Source of the DNA: Amoebidium appalachense
Lineage: Eukaryota > Protista > Ichthyosporea
Assembly: GCA_963693365.1 (NCBI GenBank)
Contig: CAVNZM010000013.1
Location: 8,184,940-8,248,939 of the forward strand
DNA: 64,000 nt
Direction of reading: 5' to 3'
The notes under the pieces are model-generated. The model was not told the DNA's origin and did not search any database. It was given only the letters and a program-made list of their open reading frames with translations. How positions within the stretch are numbered: position 1 is the first letter of the stretch; each line of letters starts with the position of its first letter. A program made the position numbers and the translations under genes. Shown here piece after piece: positions 1 to 12,677 of the stretch.

Positions 1-161
1 CCTTCTGATCCGAGTCCCCCCTCCCCCCTCCGCCCCCCCTTTTCCCCCCTCTTCCCCCCCCCTCTTCCCCTCCCACCCCTCTTTCCCTCCAGGGCCTGCT
101 TTAGTCTCACTAACCTTCCCTCTTTGCCTGCCCTCCCCTGTTCCAACCCTCCCCCCCCCCC

Positions 162-926
162 TGTTGGACATCGTGTTCATAGAAGCTAGTTCTAGTGTAC
201 GTTGTTCCTTCTGTAAGTCAGAAATGATTGCATCTTGTGAGGCCAACCTCTGCTCCAGTAGTTGGACTAGTTGCTGCAACTGTAAGTTGTCAGACATAGT
301 GTCGTGTATGATGGGTAACTTGTCTATGTGTTTTGTGCACTGAAAACGACAGTAGAAAAGTGTAAATCAAACGTTCTGCTTCCCATGTTTGTGACATGGG
401 AGGCACTGCTTTATATAGTCGTTGGCCACCTCATGGTGGCCTCGTGTGCACCCTGGTGGTGGGCCATGTACAGCATGGCCGAAAAGAGAGCACAACGAAA
501 ACAAGTCGTTAAAGATATAAAAGTTAACTGTGCACGTTGAGTGGCTAGTTAACTTGCACTAAAGCACACAAATAAACGTGTTTAACACACCAATTGCAGT
601 TAAACGTAAATCTTACTTCACACAACTAAAAATATTCTGAGAATATCCGGGAATAAAGCACACTACCACTCTAAGAATAGAATCCTGTGGCAAATATAGA
701 CATGACATCATCTGAACCGGGAATATTAATTAATGAGCACAATTAGCACGTTGCTAGTGAAGCTCGTCATTGGTACAGTTTTGGCTCAAACATATAACTA
801 CCATATATGAATATGACCGTAAACAAAAGCTCTATGCACTCGAGTGAGTGTTGAAACAATTATTCAATTGCTCAGAAACTTTCTCTAACAGACATTGCTA
901 GCCGGGAGTACCAGTGTACTCCAACA
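162..926 (-). repeat. 3' LTR of the copia element (765 bp)
   Basis: Direct repeat of 5279-6043 with only 3 substitutions seen by eye; TG...CA termini. Confidence 0.97.
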
Positions 927-939
927 CCCCTACTCAATT
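927..939 (-). promoter_or_regulatory. Polypurine tract (PPT) of the copia element
   Basis: Minus strand AATTGAGTAGGGG immediately precedes the TGTTGG of the 3' LTR. A near-identical motif precedes the TRIM 3' LTR. Confidence 0.8.
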
Positions 940-1111
940 GGATAATTGTGGTATGAATTAATGCAACTGAGCTCGAGTGCTTCAGGTGCACAAAATACAG
1001 ACAATAAAGATTCCCCTACTCAATTTTAGTATGGTACACGTAGTTGCACAGTCGGATGCAACTCTCTCCCCCCCCTGAAGTATGAGGGCGCAGTTGGTTG
1101 ATGACGGGTGC

Positions 1112-2722
1112 TCAGCACATGTTGAGCATCCCCACGGCCTTGGTGAAGAAAGAGGCAGACAGGGCCTTGGTGAACATGTCGGCCTTGTTGTCAGCAGAAG
1201 CCACCGGGACCACAGTGATGTTGCCCAGCAGGTGATGTTCCTTGACGGAGCAGTAGCGGACGTCGATGTGCTTGGTCTTGGGCTTAACCCCTAGGGTGTC
1301 CAGCAGGGCCCGGGCAGACTCATTGTCCCCATGGATGGGCACCGGGGTGGGCTCATCGATAGGATTAAGGCCCAGGTCGTCCATCACATAGTTGAGCCAT
1401 ATGGCCTCGTTCGTAGCAGCAGACATGGCCACAAATTCAGCCTCAGTGGAGCTGTGGGTGGTGATGGACTGGAGCCGAGACACCCAGGACACAGGGGAGG
1501 AGTTGATGAAGAAGACATAGCCCGTGGTGGAGCGCCGGGTGTCGCGGTCCTCGGCGTAGTCGGAGTCGGAGTAGCCAACAAGGGTGGGGGGGCCGGGACG
1601 GTAGACAATACCCAGGTCGATGGTGGCCAGCAGGTAGCTTACAACTCTGGTAGCCATAGTCCAGTGGGTGACGGTGGGCGCATGAATGTGTCGAGTAAGG
1701 ACTCCCAGAGCCTGGGAAATGTCGGGGCGGGTGGTACGCGCAATCCACAGCAGGGCACCGACCAGGCTGGCATAGTCCTCCTTCTTGCTGTGGGCTGGGG
1801 TCTTGTTGCTTTCACTGGCCTGGCCCGGGACGATGGGGGTCTTGGTGCCGGACGTGTGGGTGAGACGAAAACGGGCAGCCAAGTCGATGATGTGTTGACG
1901 ATGGCCCAGACGCAGAGACCCGTCCTCCAGCCAGGTAAGAGTGTGCCCGATGAGCAGGGTAGGACGACCCAGGTCCTTGGCAGAGAAACGAGCATCCAGC
2001 TTGGTGAAAAAATCGTCGATGAGCGCATCAGTGGCGGCCGTCACGGTGAAGTCATCCACGTAGGCAGCAAGGGCAATAAACGTTGGGGTCCCGGCATTCT
2101 TGATGAACAGGCACGGGTCAGCAGCACTCACAATGAAGCCTTGGTCGAGGAGATGGTCACGGAGGGCCTCATACCACTGGCGCGGTGCCTGTTTTAGGCC
2201 GTAGAGCGCCTTGTGGAGCAAGCCGACAGCATGGGGGGCCGAGGGGTTGACGAAGCCAGGGGGCTGCTCAATGTAGATGGTCTCGTTGACGGTGCCGTTG
2301 AGGAATGCTGTGTTGACGTCGATGTGGCGCAGAGGCAGACCTTGGGCCACGGAGGTAGCCAAAGCCAGCCGGATGGTAGCCAGCGCAGCCACAGGTGACT
2401 CGGTGACGAAATAGTCCTGGCCAGGCTGCTGGTAGTTGCCCCGGGCCACAAGCCGGGCCTTGAAAGCAGTGACGTTGCCGACGTTGTCCTGCTTGACCGT
2501 AAAGACCCAGCCGACCGGAATGACAGTGGAGCCATCCTCTGGACGGGGCACAAGGGTGAAGGTGCCGTTGTCTTCCAGGGCCTTGAGCTCACGGTGTGCA
2601 GCCTCCTCCCATTTCAGACGTTGGGGACTCTTGAGTGCAGCCCGGACAGTCTTGGGGACAACAATGGTGGAAGCCTTGATGGGTGTTGATGCAGGAGCCG
2701 TAGCCTGGGAGGCAAGGGGGGG
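1112..2722 (-). CDS. pol: Copia reverse transcriptase + RNase H (3' part of pol, in a shifted frame)
   Basis: Motifs FKARLVARG, IDVNTAFLNG, KALYGLKQAPRQW, YVDD, YSDSDYA, TKHIDVRY and ADMFTKAL. The homologous frame starts near the G7 run at 2716-2722 (ORF track 1112..3034). Confidence 0.93.
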   Translation of the reverse strand, partial: PPLASQATAPASTPIKASTIVVPKTVRAALKSPQRLKWEEAAHRELKALEDNGTFTLVPRPEDGSTVIPVGWVFTVKQDNVGNVTAFKARLVARGNYQQPGQDYFVTESPVAALATIRLALATSVAQGLPLRHIDVNTAFLNGTVNETIYIEQPPGFVNPSAPHAVGLLHKALYGLKQAPRQWYEALRDHLLDQGFIVSAADPCLFIKNAGTPTFIALAAYVDDFTVTAATDALIDDFFTKLDARFSAKDLGRPTLLIGHTLTWLEDGSLRLGHRQHIIDLAARFRLTHTSGTKTPIVPGQASESNKTPAHSKKEDYASLVGALLWIARTTRPDISQALGVLTRHIHAPTVTHWTMATRVVSYLLATIDLGIVYRPGPPTLVGYSDSDYAEDRDTRRSTTGYVFFINSSPVSWVSRLQSITTHSSTEAEFVAMSAATNEAIWLNYVMDDLGLNPIDEPTPVPIHGDNESARALLDTLGVKPKTKHIDVRYCSVKEHHLLGNITVVPVASADNKADMFTKALSASFFTKAVGMLNMC

Positions 2723-5414
2723 CCGTAGCAGCAGCCACGTTGGCAGTCGGGCCTCGACGTTGGTCGTTGTACACAGCGCCACTACGGGTCGTCCGGGGGA
2801 GCCGATGTGCAGGCTCGGGCAGGATCGGAATGTCCAATTGATCACTCGGCGCTGTCCCATTGGCTGACAGACGAGACGAATCAGATTGCTGATCATTCCG
2901 GACGATGTGATTGGCTGGCTGATTTGACGAACCAGATGACTCCAAAAAATGATGAATTGCCGGTGCGGTCGACCAATCAGATGGAACATCACGGAGGGGG
3001 TGCAGAATAGCAGCCTCGTCGAACTGCACGTCACGGCTGACGGTCATCTTGTGTGCTGCTGGAATCCAGACCTTGTAGCCCTTGATGTTAGGAGGGTAGC
3101 CCACGACGATGCCCTTGACGGCACGAGGCGCCAGTTTCGGTGTATCCTGTTGATGGACGTAGCAGGGAGAGCCCCAGACACGGAGCCGGCTGTAGTCGGG
3201 AGGAATGCCGGTCCACAGCAGGGCGGGAGACGATTGGCTGCCGGTGGCTCGCGACGGGAGCATGTTGCGTATAAAAGCCGCGGTCACAGCTGCCTCGGCC
3301 CAGAATCCCACCGGAAGGCCGGACAGCTGCAGGAGTGCCCGAACCATGTCGAGGAGGGTCCGGTTCAGTTGTTCGGCAGTCCCATTCTGTTGAGGAGAGC
3401 CGGTGGTAGTGATCTGATGGCGAATGCCGTGCTCACGGTTGTAGTCCCCGAAGGCCGTGCCCATGTACTCGCCCCCCCCGTCGGACTGAAACACCTGCAT
3501 GGGAACACCGTGTTGGGTAACCGCCGCCTTGTGGTACGTCACATATGCAGCCAGTGTGTCCGACTTCTTGACGAGGGGCACGGCCGTGGTGTGGCCAGTG
3601 AAGTCGTCGTGGAACGTCGCCAAGTACTGAGCACCACCGATCGCGGGAGGGAAGGGGCCGCTGATGTCGCTGTGAACCTTGGCTAGGACCCGGGGAGCTT
3701 GGCTGGTTGATTCGGAGAAGGCAACACGGTGGGCTTTGCCGAGGGCACAGGGCTCACACACACCCGGAGACTTGGCACCGCCACCCACCAACAGGCCTGC
3801 AGACTTGATGACCGAGCGTACAGCGTCAATGCCAGCATGGCCCAGACGGTAGTGCCACGTGTTGAGGTCGGCAGTAACCTTGAGGATACGCGGAGCAGTG
3901 GTGGTTTGGGCGTCCGGGGTTGTGTCCGCGCGCAGAAGAGACACCGCCATGTGGTACAGCTTGGTGCCGACAGCCGAGCCGGTGGCCAGAATTTGATCGC
4001 CGTAGCACAACTTAACGCCGCCGCGGGTGTCAAAGCGGGGTAAAACGCCGTTGGTAGATGCCGTGAACACACTGATGAGAGTGTCGGGGATGGAGGGCAC
4101 GTAGAGTACATCCGTCAGCTGATGCACCGCAGTAACGCCGCCGTCGATGGTGCTGGAAAAGAACACGTCGCCCACCCCAAGCACTGCACATGCACCCTTG
4201 TCGGCTACTTGGACCGTGGAGTAAGGCGCCGCACGCATGTTGACGAACACATCGGGCCGGGGGCACACATGGTCAGTGGCTCCAGAGTCGAGGAGCACCT
4301 TGTTGGTGCCACAGTCGTTGCTAGACATGAGGAAAGCCCGGGGAGCGGCAGCCCCCCCCTTGCACTGTGCCGTAGTGTGGGTAGTAGAGGCAGGGTGGTT
4401 GATGCAGGACCCAGGCGGGAGGGGACCACCCTTAGGTTTGCGGCCGTTGGCACGGTTGCCCCCCTTGCACATGGCGGTAGTGTGACTGGTAGACAGTGGG
4501 TGGTTGACGCAGGAACCCTTGGGGTAGGTGCTGGCACGGTTGTTGCCAGAGTTGCTGTGTTGGCCGTTGCCGTTGGGGCACTGAGACTTGATGTGGCCTG
4601 GTTTGCCGCAGCCGTGGCAGATGACAGGTTGAGGAGCCCGTGTGGTGAAGGCGGCCGGCCCGGAGCTGGTAGTCACACATGCACGTGGGTGGCTGGTCTC
4701 ATATGCCCGTAGCTGTTGGAGGAGGCCCATTACGGTAGGCTTGGGTGTCATCTTGTAGGCAATGACAGGCATTTCGTAGTAAGGCACCTTGCCGAGGTCG
4801 TTGGTGAGCTTGGTCAGCACTTGAGCATCACCAATTTGTGTGCCGTAATCGGCCAGGCGCCGCACGTAGCCGCGGAGCTTCATGGCGTATTTCGTCGCGG
4901 TGTCCGTAGGTTCAGGCGTAGAATTCATGTACAGCCCGATAAGGTCGTACTGATTGGCCTCAGATTGCTCCAGGTAGTGGGCAGATAGGGCCGACCATAT
5001 CTCCGCAGGTGTGGTGGTGCGTGTTAACCCTAGGATACAACGCACGTCAACCGAGAGTGCTTGCCACAGGTAGGAACGGGCAGTGTCGACCTGTTCACGG
5101 GTAGCCGGGTGCTCCGTACTGGGCGCGATGGTGTGGAGAAGACCAGCACCAGAAAGCTGGACATACATGGTTTCGGCCCATGTGTGGTAGTCCGTGCCTG
5201 AATCATTATCAATGCCAGTGAAGAGAGGGATGTCGACCTTGAACTTGATGGAATCATTACGTGAGGGGCCCATAACCCTGTTGGACATCGTGTTCATAGA
5301 AGCTAGTTCTAGTGCACGTTGTTCCTTCTGTAAGTCAGAAATGATTGCATCTTGTGAGGCCAACCTCTGCTCCAGTAGTTGGACTAGTTGCTGCAACTGT
5401 AAGTTGTCAGACAT
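2589..5414 (-). CDS. gag-pol: Copia Gag-protease-integrase polyprotein (941 aa)
   Basis: Zinc knuckle CHGCGKPGHIKSQC; protease LLDSGATDH; integrase HHCC (WHYRLGH...CEPC) and DDE core (HSDI, QSDGGGEY, NGTAE); IKGYKVW motif. Confidence 0.95.
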   Translation of the reverse strand: MSDNLQLQQLVQLLEQRLASQDAIISDLQKEQRALELASMNTMSNRVMGPSRNDSIKFKVDIPLFTGIDNDSGTDYHTWAETMYVQLSGAGLLHTIAPSTEHPATREQVDTARSYLWQALSVDVRCILGLTRTTTPAEIWSALSAHYLEQSEANQYDLIGLYMNSTPEPTDTATKYAMKLRGYVRRLADYGTQIGDAQVLTKLTNDLGKVPYYEMPVIAYKMTPKPTVMGLLQQLRAYETSHPRACVTTSSGPAAFTTRAPQPVICHGCGKPGHIKSQCPNGNGQHSNSGNNRASTYPKGSCVNHPLSTSHTTAMCKGGNRANGRKPKGGPLPPGSCINHPASTTHTTAQCKGGAAAPRAFLMSSNDCGTNKVLLDSGATDHVCPRPDVFVNMRAAPYSTVQVADKGACAVLGVGDVFFSSTIDGGVTAVHQLTDVLYVPSIPDTLISVFTASTNGVLPRFDTRGGVKLCYGDQILATGSAVGTKLYHMAVSLLRADTTPDAQTTTAPRILKVTADLNTWHYRLGHAGIDAVRSVIKSAGLLVGGGAKSPGVCEPCALGKAHRVAFSESTSQAPRVLAKVHSDISGPFPPAIGGAQYLATFHDDFTGHTTAVPLVKKSDTLAAYVTYHKAAVTQHGVPMQVFQSDGGGEYMGTAFGDYNREHGIRHQITTTGSPQQNGTAEQLNRTLLDMVRALLQLSGLPVGFWAEAAVTAAFIRNMLPSRATGSQSSPALLWTGIPPDYSRLRVWGSPCYVHQQDTPKLAPRAVKGIVVGYPPNIKGYKVWIPAAHKMTVSRDVQFDEAAILHPLRDVPSDWSTAPAIHHFLESSGSSNQPANHIVRNDQQSDSSRLSANGTAPSDQLDIPILPEPAHRLPRTTRSGAVYNDQRRGPTANVAAATAPPCLPGYGSCINTHQGFHHCCPQDCPGCTQESPTSEMGGGCTP
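5266..5278 (-). promoter_or_regulatory. Primer binding site complementary to the anticodon arm of initiator tRNA-Met (half-tRNA priming)
   Basis: GGGTTATGGGCCC directly after the CCAACA of the 5' LTR. This is the PBS type of Drosophila copia (GGTTATGGGCCCAG), not a TGG-start 3'-CCA PBS. Confidence 0.9.
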
Positions 5415-6043
5415 AGTGTCGTGTATGATGGGTAACTTGTCTATGTGTTTTGTGCACTGAAAACGACAGTAGAAAAGTGTAAATCAAACGTTCTGCTTCC
5501 CATGTTTGTGACATGGGAGGCACTGCTTTATATAGTCGTTGGCCACCTCATGGTGGCCTCGTGTGCACCCTGGTGGTGGGCCATGTACAGCATGGCCGAA
5601 AAGAGAGCACAATGAAAACAAGTCGTTAAAGATATAAAAGTTAACTGTGCACGTTGAGTGGCTAGTTAACTTGCACTAAAGCACACAAATAAACGTGTTT
5701 AACACACCAATTGCAGTTAAACGTAAATCTTACTTCACACAACTAAAAATATTCTGAGAATATCCGGGAATAAAGCACACTACCACTCTAAGAATAGAAT
5801 CCTGTGGCAAATATAGACATGACATCATCTGAACCGGGAATATTAATTAATGAGCACAATTAGCACGTTGCTAGTGAAGCTCGTCATTGGTACAGTTTTG
5901 GCTCAAACATATAACTACCATATATGAATATGACCGTAAACAAAAGCTCTATGCACTCGAGTGAGTGTTGAAACAATTATTCAATTGCTCAGAAACTTTC
6001 TCCAACAGACATTGCTAGCCGGGAGTACCAGTGTACTCCAACA
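5279..6043 (-). repeat. 5' LTR of the copia element (765 bp), containing a putative TATA box and the gag start codon
   Basis: Direct repeat of 162-926. TATATAAA on the minus strand at 5534-5527; gag ATG at 5414 lies inside the LTR. Confidence 0.97.
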
Positions 6044-6083
6044 CCCCCCCCCCCCCTCCCCCCCTCAATTGGCATACCTTCAG

Positions 6084-7994
<1,911 letters not shown>

Positions 7995-8865
7995 GACTTG
8001 GTGCATGTAGATGGCGAAGTTTTGTATTTTGGAAATATTAGTCGGTGGGTTAGATTACCCCCCCCCCCCCCCCCCTCCCCCCCTCCCCCCCCCCTCCCCT
8101 CCCCTCCCCCCCCCCCCCCCCCCCCTTCCCCTCTCTCACACTCGTGTAGGCTACTAGAGTGCACAGTTGGTTAGATTGGGCTTGTGCATGGTTTTATCAG
8201 ATTTGATTTAGAATGTCAGTACATACGATATGAATATCATTTGAAAAAAGACCTAAAGGGCCCAAAACGGGCATGGCAGCTGAAACTGGTAATTCCGGAT
8301 ACTTGATGTGTGTGTGGTGTGCAACCAAGTGTGGTGATTATACACTTGCAATTGTGTGTTATAGTGTGTTTGTGTATGAAAAACACATAACATATAATAA
8401 AAATCATACTTGTTTCATTTTTATCCAAGCACGTGTTTAAAGTTAGCATGTCTCTTGCATGACCAGCATGCACATGCATAGTCATAGAGTGGTAACCATC
8501 CCATCTGCATTGCGAAATACATAATAACATCCAATGGCTATCGAAAATATCTGTCTGTTGCGTAATCCACCACCAATCACTGCTACTTAATTCATATCAC
8601 ATTATAGAGTTCTTACATAACAATATCAGGGGCAGGAAGTAGTGAAACATACACAAAACCATATCACTTGCAGTGGCCCAATTACCCAGTATTATATTCC
8701 CACCACCATTCGGTACATTTGCGCTCATGCACAAACACTCATTCAAGCTCTATGCTACTCCCCCCCCTCCCCCCCCCCCCTCTCCCCCCTCTCCCCGCCG
8801 GCCCTACCCGGCACCAACAAAAAAAAACCACCAATACTCAAGCACGGCTCATTCTTCTATTTAAG

Positions 8866-8901
<36 letters not shown>

Positions 8902-8917
8902 TACCGAAAGTCCGTGG

Positions 8918-9035
8918 CTAGGGCACGTCCACATAGTCGAAGTCAGCGGGGATGCCAAAGTGCTTGTTGAAGGCATCCTCCTCGAACCCAAACTTGCTCT
9001 TGGTCCAATGACGGATAGAGAAGATGTTGTCTGTG

Positions 9036-9079
<44 letters not shown>

Positions 9080-9535
9080 GGGAGGTATGGTGAGCGACTT
9101 GAGTGCAAAGGTGTTGCGTGTGCAGGCCATGTGTGTGAGCGATGGTCAAGGGGTGTTAACTGATCATACCGTGTGTGTGCACGTGCAGCATAGCAAGCAG
9201 GGAAAGAAGAGCATAGGCATTTAGTTTTTTTCAGGAAGAGGGGTAGATGGGGAAGGGGGGTCCGGGGGCGGAGAGGATGAGGGGGGGGGGGCAGGCGAAG
9301 GGAGATGGGATACGGTTTATAAAGACTGAATATTGTGGCTGGGCTCGATGCTGCGCACATAAAAAGCAATCATCTAACTGCAAGAATTAATGTGTGAGGC
9401 GCGAGGAAGGGGAGGGGGGTATGGGGGGGGGGAGAGGGGGGGGAAGGGGGAGGGCGGGGAGGAATTGAGGTTGTGTTCGTAGTGTTCTTGTTGGTGTGTA
9501 TTTGCGTTCCACCGAATGGGGGGAAGGGGGGGGGG

Positions 9536-9573
<38 letters not shown>

Positions 9574-9831
9574 CCTACCTGTCCACCTGTTTGCAGCTTC
9601 GATGGCCACTTTGCACATTTTGCCTGCAGGAACATGATCACGTGGTTGGTCACTCATGGTGCAAACAGCAGAGAATAGCCATTGGAATTCTTGCCCCCCC
9701 CCCCCCCCCCCCCCCTCATCCCCCCCCCCCCTCCATCCCCCCCCCCCCCCCCCCCCCACACACACACAGAGAGAAACATCCATACGCACGAGGGCGGCAA
9801 CCACGAGCACAGCATCACACATCACACACTA

Positions 9832-9908
<77 letters not shown>

Positions 9909-10031
9909 AACATCCATACGCACGAGGGCGGCGACCACGAGCACAGCATCACACATCACACACCACACACTATTTCCTTGACTCCAATGCCAACGCCATG
10001 ATCACTAATCTTATCATCGAGGGGAGGGGAA

Positions 10032-10066
<35 letters not shown>

Positions 10067-10497
10067 CACCAAAACGTGAATACTGTACTTCGTCTGTGAA
10101 ATGTATATCCCATTTGTTCTTTTCCAATAGACGAATTGTTGGGGCCTTTTTAGAAAACAGTCAAACACATCCCCCCCCCCCCCCCCTCCCTCCCCCCGCC
10201 TTTTTGATGCATACACATACTCTTTGCGTAATCTGCATTATGTTGTCCGTTGTGGATGTGTACTTCATACTCTGTATAGAATTCTATCCTCCCGCCCCCA
10301 TGTTTAAGTGAAACAGTATCTGAGTTGGGTTTCGTTCACGAGGTGAATGAATCAAAACTCGAGCACTGTGGATGGCTGGGGCTTCCCCCTGAGGATGGAC
10401 CCTGCTTATTATGCATACTCTTTATGTGTGATTTGCACTCTGCATCGTGTTATCCGTTGTTCATGTGTACTTCGTACTTTATGTCGCATTCAAACCC

Positions 10498-10540
<43 letters not shown>

Positions 10541-10868
10541 ATGCTGTGGATGATTTGGTTCCCTACTTGAGGATGGGCTCTACTTATGATGCATACTCTT
10601 GTTGCGTTGTGCTCTTTGTTTAAACTTTGGCCAAACCTTCCCTGTGTTGTCCGTAATGAATGCGCAATCTGCACGCTGTGATATCCCCCCCCCTCCCCCC
10701 CCCCCCCCCCCCCCTCCCCCTGCCCCCCCTTTGTCCACTCGCCTAAAAGAAAAACACGAACAGAGATGGGACAAGCAGAGCATGCAGTCAGCCACCCATA
10801 TGTCTGAGTCTGCTCATGCAGACCTGGCTGTTACTGTTCTACAAATCATTGCCCTGGTACGGCTCCCT

Positions 10869-10938
<70 letters not shown>

Positions 10939-11056
10939 TGGGCCCCCCGGGAATGGGCTCTGCTCATTATGCATACTCTATGTGTGTGGTTTGCACTCTT
11001 GAATGTGTAGTTGTCCGTTAGGAGTGTGCACTTTGCACACTATAACACATTTAAAC

Positions 11057-11093
<37 letters not shown>

Positions 11094-11230
11094 AAAAAAA
11101 AAAAAGAATGATTGACTTACCTTATGTTGCAAAATGTGTTTGTGTGTTCCTAGATGCGTAGCTGTGTTGTGTAATTTATACTGTTTACCGCGTTCTACCC
11201 CCTCCCCCCTCTCCCCCCCTCCCCCCCCCC

Positions 11231-11261
<31 letters not shown>

Positions 11262-12630
11262 CCCCCCCACTCCCCCACTCTCTCAGCCCCCATGCTCACG
11301 GAAAACCGAAGGCTGCATAATGAAATTATATTTGCCAAGAAAAATTCGATACCCCAGTTTTTGGTGGAGTTTTCGAAATAAAACCCCCCCACCCTTTTCC
11401 TTCCCACTTTTCTCCCCCAGATGCATGCTCACTGCCACGTTAAAAGGAAAGAATTAGGCTGTTCCATCACACACACACACACACACACACCCACCCACCC
11501 ACCCACCCACCCACCCACCCACACACACACACACCCACCCACACACACACACACACGGTTTGAATGCGGAACACGGTACGAAGTACGCATACACGACGAG
11601 AAGCATGGTGCAGGACACATGCAAAGGCAAACATTCAAGTATGCAACATCAGCCATGTGCACAGTATGCGACATAAGCAGAGCCCATCCTCAGGGAGGAC
11701 CCAAGTCATCAATTGCGTCTGAGTTTCGACACCTTAGCCCGCGTATATACGACGCTCCAACTCAGACAGCAGCATCAACTGAACTTGTGCGGGTCAACCC
11801 GTCTTGATCAAAGACGAGCAGGGTTACTTATGCAAGCAAGGTGAGCAAAACGGTGAAGACGTGTGTGCAAACTAATGCATTGCAGCGAAAAATGCGTATG
11901 TGCTTACAGATGCACGACACAGAGCAACCATGCCCGCTTGCATGAAAGTAAAGCGGTCTCCACACAGTGGTCTGTCCTGAAAGGACACCTCTGAAAAGAA
12001 GACTTGGGGGGGTTTGAATGCGGAACACGGTACGAAGTACGCATACACGACGAGAAGCATGGTGCAGGACACATGCAAATGCAAACATTCAAGTATGCAA
12101 CATCAGCCATGTGCACAGTATGCGTCATAAGGGGGGGGGGGGGGGGGGGGGGGGGGGAGGGAGGAGGGCTATGATTACGTTTCTTCTCGAGGATCTCAGG
12201 ATTGCAGTCTGCAAATGCAGCAAGCTCAGCTGCAAGCCTCTTCTCCTCCTCATGCTCAGTGGATAGCTGCGCCAGAAGGTCGCTGCGCTCATCCTGAGAG
12301 ATAGACGTCAGACGAGATATGCAGAGTGGTTTCCTTGTACGAGATGCATGCGAGAGCTTATGGTTGGCTACAGATGAGCTGTAACGATAATGCTACCACA
12401 TGTCATTGGATTGGTTTTAGAGTGCATTATCATGCATGGGCCGTGAAGGTTGGCGGTCATTCTGGCAAGGCAAGAAATTAACAGAAACACTTTCTTCTTT
12501 AACATGAGCAAATGCACCCCATTGTCATCAGCATGGGGACTCCAAGTGCAACCAGGAGGCAACTTGATGGTGCTGTTGGTGTTGTGGGGCTTTAACTGAG
12601 CTCTTGATTTCTTTCATTTGGCCCCCTGGG

Positions 12631-12677
<47 letters not shown>

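Larger units (their letters stand above)
162..6043 (-). mobile_element. Full-length Ty1/copia (Pseudoviridae) LTR retrotransposon, half-tRNAi-Met primed
   Basis: Two 765-bp direct LTRs (162-926, 5279-6043) with TGTTGG...CCAACA ends. PBS next to the right LTR, PPT next to the left LTR. Domain order is Gag-PR-IN-RT-RNaseH. Both flanks are C-runs (apparent TSD CCCCC). Confidence 0.97.

Noticed and set aside
1331-4988. Long plus-strand ORFs antisense to gag-pol (288, 245 and 196 aa)
   Set aside because: Shadow frames of GC3-rich coding sequence with no recognisable motifs.
6061-6072. Flank CCCCTCAATTGG resembles the PPT context CCCCTACTCAATTGG, hinting at a tandem element
   Set aside because: The match is short and gapped, runs straight into the host acceptor, and the TRIM flanks show nothing similar.
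9770-9970. Small local duplications (about 60 bp here; 26 bp x3 at 28428-28497)
   Set aside because: Ordinary intronic slippage duplications with no further signal.
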